A stretch of 64,000 nucleotides of DNA from Marsupella aquatica (GCA_973895155.1 OZ316898.1:19727292-19791291), one strand, 5' to 3'. Shown: positions 1-13,523, numbered from the stretch's first letter. Numbers and translations: made by a program. Notes: generated from the letters alone by a model not told the origin.

Positions 1-367
1 TATGGGAAAGCCCGCTGGCTCAACACTTGACCCGTAACTTCCCGCAACTTTAGGCAGAAATTTGGAAATCCAGGAAATCCAGGACTCTGGAACTCCGGAA
101 AGACACGACTGAAAACATGTGGGAATTGCTCCTGACGTGATGATCGCTGCTGCATTTGAGGCGGCGGCTGAGCAAGAATTGAGGAGAAATAATATATGCT
201 ATGAGGCAAGTGAGGCCATAACTCCTGCCTTATAGGGCAGGTCAAAGTTACCTCCCCCATTTTTAAAATTCTATATCTGGTCAAATAACTTGAGTTATAG
301 AATATATCACTAATTTATATATCACTAATGATCCAGTTGAGACGCCCTAGTACTGCCTCCTTGGGTT

Positions 368-516
368 TAGGGTTTCGAGTTGCAGGGTGTACTTCAATTC
401 CCAGTACCAAAATGTAAGAACTGGTCTTCCTGTAAAGCCCCTCCCTCCATTTCCAGTCATTCTGAAGAAAGCCTTTGTACATTGCGGACATTACGGCCCT
501 CTTGGGTTTAGGGTTT
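368..516. promoter_or_regulatory. Two telo-boxes (TAGGGTTT at 368-375 and 509-516) upstream of the SSB gene
   Basis: Exact reverse complements of AAACCCTA; telo-boxes are common in plant replication and translation gene promoters. Confidence 0.5.
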
Positions 517-896
517 GGGGTTTGGAGCTGAAGGGTTTACGTTTCGTTCTGTCGCCGAGCTCGGACTTCAAACGCCAGCTGAGCTTCAATTCAATTTGTG
601 GATCTTGGCACCCTCGACCGGACATCACACCGAACATCGACAGATTATCGAGCTCGCAGCCAACCCGGTTCTTTGAAAAGGTGGATTCAGTTGAATGAGC
701 ATTGGTAGATTCATGCGTGGGCCGTAGTTTGGTTTAATTTTAGGAGAGTGTTTGTGGGCGGTCTCTTGAATTCCAGATGCTGGATTTTGTTGTCTCCTTT
801 TCACAGGATCTAATGGAGTAGTTGTTGTGTCCTGTACAATCACATTTTAGGCCGAGTGAGAAGCCTAGGAGCGAGGTGCTGGTTGGCAGACTGGTC

Positions 897-1610
897 ATGG
901 CGTCTTTGGCTGCGAGAACGGCACACACCGTCTCTCGATCCTTGGCTGGAATTTCGAGGAGCGTGGGAGGGTCGTTGTCATCCAGTGTGTTGCAATACAG
1001 GAGCTATTCTGATGAGGGATTGGATGGTCGTGTCCCGCTAAGCCCAGAGCCCTCATCAGCAGCAGATCCAGTAGTGGAAGTCCCAAAGCCGGATGGATTT
1101 GGAGCAGAAAGACCGGTCTATGAAAGGAATGTATATCCACCGAGGAACTTTCGAACTCCTCGTGGAGTGTACAAGGCTATATTGTTGGGAGAAGTGGGTC
1201 AGCTTCCAATTCAGAAAATTCTGAAGAGTGGAAGGTCGGTCACAATTTTCTCGGTTGGCACCGGTGGGATGTATAATAATAGGAGGCCTTTTGAGGGAGA
1301 AACGCCTGAAGAGTTTGCGGAACGGAGTTACACTCAGTGGCACCGAGTAGCTGTGTATCAAGACAGAGTTGCATCGCTGGTCATGCAACATGTCAAAGTA
1401 GGGTCGCAGGTGTACTTGGAGGGAAATATTGAAAGCCGGGTCTATAATGATCCACACTCCGGAATCGTGAAGCGCATACGGGAAATTGCTATCCGAGCTA
1501 ATGGCCGGTTGATGTTCATGGATACCCCGATATCAAAAGTGGCAGCTCAACCTGCTGCTGAACATGTGCCACCTTCTGCACCTCCCTCAGCTGCACAAGC
1601 TGAAACTTGA
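897..1610 (+). CDS. SSB: Organellar (probably mitochondrial) single-stranded DNA-binding protein, intronless CDS
   Basis: ATG at 897 after a likely 5'UTR intron acceptor (ttttag 850). Arg/Ser-rich transit peptide; SSB OB-fold motifs RGVYKAILLGEVGQ, QWHRVAVY, VKVGSQVYLEGNIESRVY. Confidence 0.92.
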   Translation: MASLAARTAHTVSRSLAGISRSVGGSLSSSVLQYRSYSDEGLDGRVPLSPEPSSAADPVVEVPKPDGFGAERPVYERNVYPPRNFRTPRGVYKAILLGEVGQLPIQKILKSGRSVTIFSVGTGGMYNNRRPFEGETPEEFAERSYTQWHRVAVYQDRVASLVMQHVKVGSQVYLEGNIESRVYNDPHSGIVKRIREIAIRANGRLMFMDTPISKVAAQPAAEHVPPSAPPSAAQAET

Positions 1611-2925
1611 GGGACTGCACGTAGTTTGTTACAACTGACTTTTACACATTTAGATTTACGTCTACGATAGGGCAATTACTGATGACAGTCAAGTGTGGAA
1701 TACTGGTAAGGGCACATGTTCTTTGAGTTGCCCATATCAACGGCGAAAGGCTTAGTCCGAAAACCCTATTTCTTTCAAAGGCAAATTAACAGGCAAATAT
1801 TTTCAATTATCATGTGATTCTCATTGATACTGTCTCTCTTGGCCAACTGTTTTTAGTTGTTCACGTTTGCGGATTTAATTATCTTCCTTGATCTGTTCCC
1901 ATTCCTATTTAGGAGGGCTTTGTAGCGCGTTGGTTGTACAACGGGGCCCGTCAATTTCTGGATGGACGTATTGACGTGCTCTCGTTCGAGATACTTATTC
2001 GTCCACCACTCAAATGGTGAATTTGGAATCCATACATTAGCAATGGTACTTTGGGTTACATACATCGACAGCAGCAGTCCATATTCATGTCATTTACACA
2101 TCAAACCATATCAAGTCAACGCTGAAGCCTTCAGGTGACTGATCTGAAACGTTCTTGACCGTGATTTGCTTTCCGATACTCGCATGAGCTTTCAGTGGTC
2201 TGGATCTAATTTCAAGGACCTATTCCCTGAGTCAGCTCTCACTAAATTTTGCAAATGAACTCTCATTGTAACTGCCTTTTTCACTGCTTTAGGTTTTGTC
2301 CCCGTATTTGGTGGACTTGGACTGTCCAAGCTTTCTGACGTGTAAGGTATTCTTATAAGAAAAATGGATTTAGTCCTCCAGTACCCTCGCTCAGTTTGAC
2401 TGCTATATTCAGGCAGCTACTTTGATGCGACTACTTTGAGGTATCCAGCCCAATTGGGTTTCTACATTGGATCATACGTGTAGGCATGCACTTTCAATTG
2501 ATGTCGTCCAACTTCTAAGCCGAAGTTCACTTTCAGACTCACAGGGCACTCAAAGTCTAAAGCGTCTTCATTCGAAACAGAGCTGATACAAATCTGAGTT
2601 GAGTGTTGGTGTGGCAGCCCATTTAAGAAAAACTTGAGGATCTTTGCCAAACATCATACTCGTACCTCTTCACCTCTCCCAGTAGAAATTTCCCGAAGCT
2701 TGTTCACTCCAAACAGGAATCTCTTGAAGCTCGTTCATTGTGCCAACCAACGGCAGCAAGATATATTAATGAAAAGACCCTAGACATAGTAAACAAAATC
2801 CTAGCGAGAGCACATTCTAAATGATGTGATCTACTTAAGTTGCGTTTTTCAACTCCAGGGACAAAAGGTGTTTATCTCTATAGGACGAACCTCCTAATCA
2901 TTTGAATGCATATTGCAGAATTGAA

Positions 2926-3759
2926 CTAACCCACCCTGAACGAGTCCCGGATGTCCTTCAGATTCGGGAAGAATTTCTTCCACTGACGACCATTTCCACT
3001 AGCACTGAAGAGATAGAGCCGATTCCCGGCAGCAGTTGCACTGATCAACATGTGGGGAACTTCCAGTTCATATTGATAATACGTGCGGCCGTCATAGTTC
3101 TTCACATCCATGCTCTTCACCTTCCCCTCCACCGTCGCACCTGTCAGCTCAGGTCCAAAAGCGTCAATAACTTTCTGCGGAACACCCACATCTTCAATCT
3201 TTACATTGTCCCCGAGATCGCTTGAGAAACGGAGGACTGGAGCCACTACAACGCTGATATTTCCCTCTGAAGAGCTCTGGAAACGCAAATCAATCTCCGT
3301 TCCTCCCAGGTCAGCTATGGAGACCGGAATCTCCTGCCAGTCGGTGGGAACTTTGAAACTGTAGGGAATGATGGGACTCCATCCAACGCCATGCCCTCCT
3401 GATTTCGCATCTGGCCTCCGATATGTCCTAAGGCCCACGTCGTCGGGATCCGATAGCCCTGGAACTCTTCCAGCGAGCATGCTCTGCCCCACTGCAGCGG
3501 CAGTCCCTATACCTTGACCCAGTAATTCATTCATCGCCAACAGTGCTGATCCCAATTGTAGAATGGTCGCTCTTCGAGTTGAGGAACCCACCATACCCTG
3601 CTGGTCCGAATTGCAACGGACGCCCACAGATGCTAGTCGAAGGGGTCGCCGAGGTGTCCGAGCATTCGAAACCTTTTTATTCAAAGGATTCAAAAAGTTG
3701 GAATTGAAAGCAGCAGCAGCAATGGTGCTGCAGCCCGTGTCTAGGAGTGCGTCGCCCAT
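2926..3759 (-). CDS. PPD4: PsbP-domain protein 4 (thylakoid lumen), intronless
   Basis: ATG at 3759. Transit peptide with twin-Arg (TRRATILQLG) and AxA; GGHGVGWSPIIPY, VPVSIADLGGTEIDLRF and ATAAGNRLYLF motifs as recalled for At1g77090. Confidence 0.9.
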   Translation of the reverse strand: MGDALLDTGCSTIAAAAFNSNFLNPLNKKVSNARTPRRPLRLASVGVRCNSDQQGMVGSSTRRATILQLGSALLAMNELLGQGIGTAAAVGQSMLAGRVPGLSDPDDVGLRTYRRPDAKSGGHGVGWSPIIPYSFKVPTDWQEIPVSIADLGGTEIDLRFQSSSEGNISVVVAPVLRFSSDLGDNVKIEDVGVPQKVIDAFGPELTGATVEGKVKSMDVKNYDGRTYYQYELEVPHMLISATAAGNRLYLFSASGNGRQWKKFFPNLKDIRDSFRVG

Positions 3760-5460
3760 GTCTCCCACTGTACCTCTCTCCAAATGCAAATCTCCGAATT
3801 CTGCTCCAAAAAATCAAAACTCCAGAAGTAAATCGTGCCCCTCCCTCAGCTATCTCTTCCTCCCTGTCTCAAAGAAGTGTGACCAGGATGGCGACGTGGC
3901 ACATCCTCCTGCCGACTCGTTTGCCTGGTTGTGGTTCAGACTTTCAGTGATTCCATCTAATGGTGGGGTTGGGAAGTTCTTCTTAGACTTGGAAGCGCTG
4001 ATTGAGCAAGTGTGTCCCTGATCGACGTTTCGTTGTTCCTCCCGTTCTGAGACACCAGAGGTGATCACATTCCAAGGTCGGGTTTCTGAGTGTGTTTGAG
4101 CTTCCAAAGCGTTGGTGAGTGTCGGGAATGGAGTGCAAGTTACGGCCTAGCGCTGCGTCCCTACTTTCTGGAAGTTCTCTCCCACACGTTCCAAATGGGC
4201 AGGGTTGACATACTAGCTTCTTATCTCGTCTCCTCGCCTTTCCTCTAACCAATCGCGTCTGCTCCACTCGTTTTATCATTGATTTTGGAAACTAGCGGTC
4301 AACATCACGTTGGGACAGAAGTGGTTTCGATTTCCATTCAAACACTTTTGGATTCTTGTAGGACGCTTGTCCATTACTAACACGCAAAAAACTAGTTCAA
4401 CTCTAGAAATGTTTCTTGGGATCTGCTCTCCATGTGAGAACCATGTCACGCCAGAATCTAATGAATTATAATCTTTGGGTTTGCTTAATTAATTCCGTCT
4501 TGCTTACAGTGGTGCATAGGCAATTCAAACTTTCATAATAAATAGTCGCTTGGCCTCCTCCATCCCCTCCTCTTATAGAGAAATTAGATAAAATGTAGTC
4601 ATGTATGTCGGAAAATGGCCAAAATTGTGTTGACCCTGGTAGACCTGCTCAGTCCCATCCAACATTGAAGGCATTTGAGATTCGTAGCAGGTGTATTTCA
4701 AACAAATAAAGTGCGATAAACACCATCTTGCGTTATGGGTGTGCAAAGATTTCGATTAGTACTTAAGTTCGAAATCCAAAATCCTTGAGGCCAATAACAC
4801 ACAAAAAGGAGGAATACAAGGAATTTGGGCATCTGGAGATGCCTTAAGAATGATTACTGTACATCACGTGTAAAAAATGCGTCAGTTAATGACTGGTCGG
4901 AGATACTGGCTTTCCTTTACTAACAAAGGAACTACTTCACAAATCGGCTCCATGGACTGTCAACAGAAGAGAATGGATGAATTTCTACATGAAAGAATCT
5001 TCTCAATGGTTAATGTGTAAAGGGATGTTACTAAAATCGGTATTGTAGCAGTAATTCAAGGGAAGAGAAGCAGACCACAGACACCAACTTCTCGTCCGCT
5101 GTTGGACTGCAGTGACGACGGCTTGGACACAAGGTCTTATGCTGTGTGTTCCGTTATCCATGCCGAACGCGCAAGTGCCCAAGGTCCGCTTCATCGTGGC
5201 CATAGACAGGGCAATCTGCCACAGTTGGTTACTGTCTTTCCTTCACAACGTACAGTAGCTACCGAAGTAGGAGGAACGACATTGTACCATGCTAGAAATC
5301 CTTCCAAAGGTCAAATGTCGAATAAGCCCCGGCTCCAAGGGAATCAATCATGCTGATTAGACCACCATCTCTCGTAGACCACCATGCCTGGCAAGTCTCA
5401 GTCGGGTGGACTACTTAAGAAAGCTCTTGACAGAGAACTTATGTGGCACTTTGCGGATCC

Positions 5461-7511
5461 TCAGAGTTGTGCTCGTAAGAGATACCGTCGTGGTCGACAC
5501 ATGCTTCGGGCATCTTTCACAGCTTCTTCTTTCTCGTAGATGAAGCCCGCCTTCTCATACAGTTGCCGGGCTGATATGTTGTCAACCACGACATGCACAT
5601 AGAGATCACTGACTCCTGAGTTCACCATGACTAAAAACCATTAGATAATCATACGAAAGAAAAAAGGAAATCCTATAGCAGTGATTTCAGTACGGAGAAC
5701 CTTCGTACTGCTGAACTGCGAGCTCATTTGAGTATATGTCCCAACTAGAGGTTCCTTAGTTACCAATTCTCCTAAAAGCCACCTACTCTTTCAAACAGAG
5801 TGTCGTCCAAGAGCATCGAACACTCAAAAGCACAGCCCAGCCTGTACAGGAGCCTTCAAAGTCACCTCAATGCCAATCTTTAAATGGGCAACGATGAAAA
5901 GGTGTTTCTTCTGACACAGTGGATAGAAAAGAAAGAGCTTGTCCATACACTAGCGACACATGTCTCGAATAATACATAATCCTAGTCTACACAATAACCT
6001 GGTATTGCTGATGCAAATACACCTATATAAATAAAATCCATGACATATACTAGAAGCTTCACAGGCAAAACCATTGTTTGAGATGAAAATTTGAAGTACC
6101 CCAGAGCTTGGCAGTCTTCTTGACATGTTGCATGAGTAACATACCAACCCCTCGTCTGCGGACTTCTTTTGCCACACATACGTTAGAAAGGTACGCTCTG
6201 CCCTGTTCAGCATCCGGACCCTGTCAATAGCCAGGCAGAAGTAAGGACAACATCGCATCACAATCATAAAGGCAACAATATCTGGGTTGGGAACTTTTTT
6301 TCCTATCAAGTTGGGAGGCAGTTCATTGACGTGACTTCTTCCCACAATATAAAGCCATGTTAGTCCACTCCTCATCGATTGGATACTAACTTTGCAGAGA
6401 GGAGTAGTTGAATCACAGGACCACCACAGTAGTAACTAGCGTGGAAAGTAAGATCGTCTAGTCTGAAAGAAAAGAGGAACACGAAGAAACCTGTGGATGA
6501 TCTCCAGTGAGCTCTCCTGGTAGCAGTAGCCCCTGGTTTATATCGAGGGTCCCAACTACAACACAATCTTCTGCCAGAGATGGAGAGATCTGCAAAATAA
6601 CGATGCAAATGAATTCTATCCAGATCAACTCCTAGAATTGTGAGAATACAGATTCAAGTGCCGTGATCACTTCTCAAAGCACATCAAAGCAGGAACCTGT
6701 CTATTGAGTATTCTCTACCTTGCAGTACGATTGTAGCAAGTCACTGGACGTATCCAACATATCAGAGATAGGGCACAAAGCGATCACACAAGTCGTGCGC
6801 TTGTAACCTGATTCCATCCCCCCTACTTTTCTGGTTAATGTTGTCCACTCATCTTCTGCCTTCATCTTCTGGTGCATCTGTCGGATAAAAAACCGCCAAT
6901 AGTTAGTACATATAGGCCTACACGTATTATGCTCATTGCATTGGCCATATTTTCTCACTTAAATTTGTTCCTTAGAAGCTTGGGAAGTTCTGACTAGGCA
7001 GAAGCATGCGTGGAATGCCTCTCCTTTGTTGCCTTCACATCGGAAAGCTTCACTGTGAGAAGATCAGAGCTGGGACTGACATGGGCCACAGAGAGAGAGA
7101 CAGACGTACCACGAGAGCATCTCTCGACCGGCCTTCAGGGTATGAGTAGAAGCTTCGCGCCCTCAAAGTGGCTGCTGCTCGGAGTTTCTCCTCTGTTCTG
7201 GCAGTCTCCAGCACAACATTCCACTTGCCTGCCGGCGATTCCTCCAAAGAAGTCTGGGCATGCTGTAGGGTTTCCGTGACAGCCTGAAACTTCACGCACT
7301 TTATGTCGGCAGGAGCTGCTTGGCTTTGAAAGTGAGTGGACACCAGTGGACTAGAAGGAGATCTCTTCGATAAGGGAGAAAAACTCACTGGTCTTTCCCC
7401 CGTCCCCCCTGAGAACCCGTGAGTGAATTGCCTGTCATGGGAACCTCCCCCTCCCCCTTGCTGTAAGGACGGTGAACGCAACTGAGCCAAGGAGGCCATT
7501 ATAGCTGGCAT
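5461..7511 (-). CDS. Plastid GCN5-related N-acetyltransferase (At4g28030/GNAT7-like); exons 7511-7110, 6877-6719, 6589-6491, 6220-6100, 5615-5461
   Basis: All GT-AG junctions keep frame. Motifs VVVGTLDINQ, RAYLSNVCVAKEVRRRGVG (acetyl-CoA motif A), LYVHVVVDNISARQLYEKAGF, RPRRYLL. Confidence 0.88.
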
Positions 7512-10500
7512 TTAAGAAGATGCTCTGGTTGAGGTTACCCTATCAGATTAACTTTGAAAACAATTCCAGCCAATTCAATTATATTCACTTTGCGTATAGC
7601 CCCTTTCAATGACGATGCCCCTTGCAGATATTTGCTCTTGGTCCAGCTGAGCCGTGTTGGTAAATGGCTGTCGACCACGTTTTCGAGGGGGCTAATGTAG
7701 ATGGGTCTGAAGGGATGATCACAATGTCCTCTGCTGAACACTTGAACGACGACTTCATAGCTTTCAACAGATTCTCATACTCACAGCCGCTCCCAATTTC
7801 TTGCCCTTTGAGCTGGAATCTCATCTTTGTCCTGCTAGAAAAATCCAACAAATGATGGGTTCAATCTCTCGTCAATCCATTTATGCGCGCCACTAAAGCG
7901 ACCACAGGAATTTGGTTACCTTAAGAGCATCATGGTGACGCCCGACATTTAACCCCGCTTAGTTGATTTTAGAGAGCTGGCCCCAGCAGCAGCTTGAAAA
8001 TTGCGTATTGCGCGCGAGAAAGGAAAGGAAAGGAAGGAATAGAACAGAACAAGAAAGACGACACGGTGAACAGGAGCGAAATGACAAACCCTCTATCTGA
8101 AATCCAATCCAACCAGTGATTTTCCGAGCAAACTTTGAACGCTTGAAACAATTGAATGCACCAAGCCGGAAACAAGACAATGCAACCAGAAATGGACAAG
8201 TACTTGCAATTGTCAAGGAAGAAAAACGAATGTACATACAGGACAATAACACCAACGTAAGTCATGCTCTCTAATCAACACCAGGTAGAATACGAACTGA
8301 CCCGGGCGAGTTCTGATATCCGTTGAAATTGACTCATTCACAGATTGCTTTCAGAGAGACTGAAAAAAACTCGTTTCTTGACCGATATCCAAGAAAAGCA
8401 AAAACCTTAATTCCCAGATTGCAGTCAGAGAGAAAACTACGAGGCAGAGACTCAGAAGAGAGAGATTGAATCCTTGGTCCCATGGTGAAAGAGTAAGACT
8501 AAGAGACACGGAAATGGCCGAGGCCAGGCTCCAGCAATTCCCATGCCTGCACCATGCCTGGAAAGGAAAGCGGAGGCACTGGCAAGAATGAAAGCATGAA
8601 TTTCACAATCCAGCGTCATAGAAGGAGAGGAGAGGAGAGAGAACGATTTTCTGAGCCAGAGGTCGTGAAGTTTACCATGCCTGGAAGAAAGTTTGCAAGC
8701 AGGAAGTCGAGCGCCCACCTCTCTTCCAGCTTTGGGAACCCACATGGGCAGCAGACATGGACGAGCTGGTTTTTTGCTCACCTCACCTCTCCTCTCCTCG
8801 AGTTGGCAACGGAAAAGCTTTCCAAGATTAGATACTCGGAACAGAAAAAGTTTTTCTTTGCGAGAAGATTAGAACCATCCATCGCCACGGTGATGGAAAC
8901 GAGGGACCATTTTTCTGAGGCACCCTTCTTCCCCCTAAGAGACCGCCATGGCCTTCTATTCAAATACTGGCCATGGGGAGACGAAAAATGGGCGCAAAGC
9001 ATTTGGTCAGAATGGGCACGAAAAATGGACCTTTCAACAAAATGGGCACGAAAATGGGTTTCGGCATTGTCATATGATTCATGAAGTTATTACTTTTGTG
9101 CTCATGTAGAAGTTATGGCCAACAAACACAGTGTCAAAACACAATGTCAATATTCAAACACAACGCCCGGGCTCGAGTTATATTTGAGTTATATTTGAGT
9201 TCAAATGTGTTTTTTTTGCCATGGGACCCAGAAATTCATTTTCAGACAAACGTGTGGGGTGCTGTGTTTGCAAGAAGAAGCCATTTCCCCTTGGAGTTTT
9301 GCCCATACTAATTGCCCCTACTTTAGAGGCCTCTAGTCAAATTCACGTGCTCAACCCTCCCATGCAATTCACCGTGGAACTCAACCAGAGTCTTGAGTTT
9401 GCCGAGCGGTAAGCTTTTGGGTTTTTTTATTCTTGGTTGCTTTTGTGGCAGACTTTTGTCTGGGCTTTTGGCATTTTTGTGGCCTCTTCTTGATTGGGTC
9501 TTTCACTTGTGGGATCATGTCTGCTGGTAGGGCGCCACTTGTTTTTTCAGCAGTTTGAAATAAATTGGATAGGATAGCCTCAGAACCTTGAGGTTTAGGT
9601 TCAGAGTCCATATGGGCTCTTTCTAATACAAAGGACATAGTTTGTTCAACCCACCATCTGTCACTTAAAATGAGGAAGGACCAAATAATTATGAGTTTTT
9701 CTAGTTAGCACCAGTATTCAATTTTCAAAGTGAACAACCTACCCTAAGTTGTGACTAGCATCAGTGCCAGTCCTTTGAACCTAAATAGAGGTGTGCGCCT
9801 TTTTCAGAGACTCAATTTGCCCCCAATCCCTGTTTCACCCTACCACCCCCCCCCCCCAACTACTTCAGTTCTCGCTTCAGTTACGCCCTTGGAATCATGG
9901 TCTAGAGGCTTCACTCTAGACCGTAAGCCCCAAAGAGTAACTTTTAATTGCAATTATATAGTTCAACGTGATTGTACTATGTTTTGTTACTCACTGGTCA
10001 AGAGTGAGGTTCCATAGAGGAGCGGGTAGGAGTACAAACTGGGCCAGGCAGGTGGGACCAAGTGATATGGTGATAAGTGTCCTCAATGTATAGGGGGTGA
10101 GGAGTATACATGGGGGGGATGGAGTGCCTTTTCCCCGTACACTTCTCAGGTGTTAGGATTTACTCTTAGGTCTAGAATAACGATTGTACCGTAGTTAGGG
10201 CTAACCTTAATTGCAGACTAGGTTAGGTTAGTCATGTTGTGTGCACACTATACCCAAGCGGTAGTTTGCTTGCCTGGAGCGTAGGAACTCAGGCTCATTG
10301 TTACTAAGCCAGTTAAGAAATAGGGAGAGCTTGTGCTGTGAATGCTTGGTATGGCCGGTTGGCCTAGAGTGCAATAAAGCTCTTGTGTGTTCCCGTGAAT
10401 GTGAAGGTGAACCACATATCTCTGTGTCGACTCTTGTGCGTTGGATGGTTCATGGGCTTGTCGTTGCAATTATCGTCTATGCTCAATGCCAAAGAGTACC

Positions 10501-11189
10501 CCCTTATGGAATTCCATCTTCCCCTGAACACAACACCATACGGTGCATTCTCATAGTGAGCCATGGGGCCCAGTATTTGAATAGAGAACCTTGGGCACTG
10601 CATCTGAGTTTTAAAGGTCATGATGATTGTTGTGTTTGAGAACAAGACATTGCACTTGAACAATGAATGCTTCCAATTCTGGCTATGGTGGTTCTGTGTA
10701 CCTATCATATGGCTCAAGTCAGGCCCTATGTCTAAATTGACGGCCACATATGAACACAACGCCCTATAATTGTAGAAGAAAATTCACTTGGACACAAAGA
10801 CGAACCAAACAAGAAATGTTGCAGCAAAGCAGAAGGGTCTTACAATTTTTGCCATTTTCACCAAACTCTGCAACATTTCATCCCAAATCAACTGGTTTAA
10901 CCTTAAGGTTCATTTCTGATTGGCGTCCAAGCAATGTTAAGGAAACCCAAACCCCGGCCCAAACACAACATTTTTATGATTTCTAGTAAGATAGAAAACA
11001 TCTTCACTTGTCTGAGCACCCCAACAAACGTCTAGGTCCACCCCAGAGTTCCACAGATTCAAATTCAATATGTGCACCTCAAAATCACCTTCTCATCCAA
11101 TGTCTAAAAATGTACATTTGCCATAGTTACTCATAGTTACCTCACTCGGCTTTTCCCATAGGTACCTCATAGTTACTATGGGAAATTGG

Positions 11190-11760
11190 CCATAGTTACT
11201 CATAGTAACCTCACTCGGCTTTTCAGGTTTCTGCTCACTAGTGTTTTAGTTTTCAGCTTCTTAGTGGACTTTTGTTATTGTGGGGGACTCCTTGGCTTGT
11301 TGGGCACCTTAGGTCTTCTGGGCGCTTTGAATTTTTTTGCAGGGGACTCCTTGGCTGTTGAGCCTCCCTCTATCAAGCTTTTCAGTTTTCTGCCCAGTAG
11401 AGTTTTGTTTTCAGCTTCTTAGTGGTAGTTTATTTTTGTGGGGGACTCTTTGACTTATTGGGCCTCTTAGGTCTTCTGGGGGCTTTTTATTTTTGTGGGG
11501 GACTGCTTGGCTTGTTGGGGGTTTTAGTTTGCAGCTTCCTAGTGGGCTTTTATTTTTGTAGGGGATGCTTTGGCTTCTTGGGCCTCCTGGGTAGTGTGGG
11601 GGATTTTATTTTTGTGGGAGGTTCCTTGGCTTTGTTGGGCCTCTCGTCTTCTGGGGGCTTTTTATTAGTGTGGGGGACTCCTTGGCTTGTTGGAACTCTG
11701 GGTTTTATGGGGCTTTCCCTTCTCCTCTGGTCTTTCTCATGCGAGATCCTGTCTCCCAGT
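11190..11760. repeat. Degenerate low-complexity tandem repeat (unit like tttgtgggggactccttggcttgttgggcctc), related to 9410-9560 and 57380-58270
   Basis: About 7 degenerate units visible; spurious Leu/Gly-rich ORFs. Confidence 0.6.
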
Positions 11761-11776
11761 TTGGAGTCAGTGTCCT

Positions 11777-12192
11777 CTTTTAAACCACAACTGCCACTAT
11801 AAAGGGGCCTCTTTTAAACCACAACTGCCACTATGAAGGGTTACAGGTTACCTGTAAGTGGCATTGTAAAGTGCAGATGTTCAGGAATGGGCTTTGAGCT
11901 CCACATAAGATAGTGAGTGCAAAACCTTTTATTGGCAAATGCCCAAGGAAAGGTCCACAACTGCCACTATAAAGGGCCTCGTTTAACCACAACTACCACT
12001 ATGAAGGGTTATGGGTTACCTGTAAGTGGCATTGTAAAGTGCAGATGTTCAGGAATGGGCTTTGAGCTCCACAAAAGATAGTGAGTGCAAAACCTTTTAT
12101 TTTTATTGGCAAGTGCCCCAAAGGTGTCGCGTGTTACACCTTTTTATGGTGAGTAGTGAAACATAGAAGGGGGCTTTTATAGTGGCAGTGTG
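11777..12192. mobile_element. Partially duplicated copies of a ~210-bp MITE family (same family as 35009-35219)
   Basis: The end motif aaccacaactgccactataaag occurs four times, with an inverted copy ttttatagtggcagtgtg at ~12175-12192. 11985-12192 aligns as the reverse complement of 35009-35219. Confidence 0.75.
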
Positions 12193-12645
12193 ATATAAGT
12201 CAATTGTCTAATTTTGCAAGACAGATGGGATGCGACTCAAAACCATATCCAGAAATGTACGAAGAAGGAGCATGGTCAACCGTGGGCATGCCAAATAAAA
12301 CTGACAAAGCGTGAGAACAGATGGACCACAATCATTAACGTGGGGAAATTCGTTGGTTTAAAGCGGATAGAAGGGACTGTACTTTTTTCTCAGAAGTTTG
12401 ACTCTCCACGCTACACCTGGATTGTTTAGTTGTAAGTCAACTGAGAGGAGGAATCGAAGACCCCAAATGCACGAACGTGTCATGAGACATGAATGACAAA
12501 CCAGCAGCCACATTACGTTTCAAGTTGTCACCATTGAAGATCCCGGCGGCAGCCGAAAAGGGAGTAATCTATCTCGTTTCAAGCAGGTTCGCAGGATATG
12601 GACTGAAAATAACGACTGTGGAGTGACACAATGACCAATGTAACC

Positions 12646-12926
12646 GAAGAAGTTTTCAATCAAGCGATGTGGGAACACGACCAAGGTAGAAGAACAAGTT
12701 TTCAATCAAGCGATGTGGGAACACGACCAAGGTAGAAGAGGAAGTTTTCAATCAAGCGATCTGGGAACACGACCAAGGTAGAAGAGGAAGTTTTCAATCA
12801 AGCGATCTGGGAACACGACCAAGGTAGAAGAAGAAGTTTTCAATCAAGCGATGTGGGAACACGACCAAGGTAGAAGAGGAAGTTTTCAATCAAGCCATGT
12901 GGGAACACGACCAAAGGTAGAAGAAG
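12646..12926. repeat. Minisatellite, 6 x 46 bp
   Basis: agttttcaatcaagc starts at 12651, 12697, 12743, 12789, 12835, 12881; no spacers. Confidence 0.95.
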
Positions 12927-13523
12927 TCGTTGTTAGTTAAGTGAGGTGTGTACACTGGATATATCATTGGTAGCTCGAGAACATCATGTTCGCAGGTACC
13001 ATCCGATGAACTCGAAAAACTGACGAAACTGACAAAGTTTTCAATTAAGTGAGGTCTGTATGCACTACAGGGAATAGCAAGGATAGCTCGAGAAGATCAT
13101 GTTCGCAGGCACCACCATCCGATGAAGTCGGACAACTGACGAGACTGACGAAACGAGGGGCATACTTGAAGAAGTTTTCAATTAAGTGAGGTATGAATAC
13201 ATTGGGAATATCCAGGGCAGCTACTATACTTCGAACAATAATGTCCCGAGAACATCCCATTTCCTAATTCCTAAGGAGATAATTATGCCCCTCATGTCTG
13301 TCGCGAAACTGGGCATATCGTCGAGGGTACAGATCTCCAGATCTAAAAGAGAATGTACAGTGCATCTCATTTGTCTCCCAACTCCTGAAACTTTACATCG
13401 CAAAGGCAAGATAAAGGACACCTTTGGTTCCTCAGTCCCCTCCTTTACTACTACTATGGGCTAGTCTTAATACTTAGCTCATCATTCTACCGCCAACTCG
13501 TCCTCCCCAGCTCGCTAGCTAAT

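Noticed and set aside
3894-3900. ABRE-like ACGTGGC upstream of PPD4
   Set aside because: A single short motif expected by chance, possibly within the 5'UTR
8554-9084. 176-aa ORF
   Set aside because: No recognisable domain; overlaps the likely promoter/5' region of the GNAT gene and contains short repeats
11186-11802. Hydrophobic Leu/Gly-rich ORFs as membrane proteins
   Set aside because: Translation of a T/G-rich degenerate repeat
12646-12926. CRISPR-like regular repeat
   Set aside because: Units are contiguous with no unique spacers, there are no cas genes, and the context is eukaryotic; it is a minisatellite
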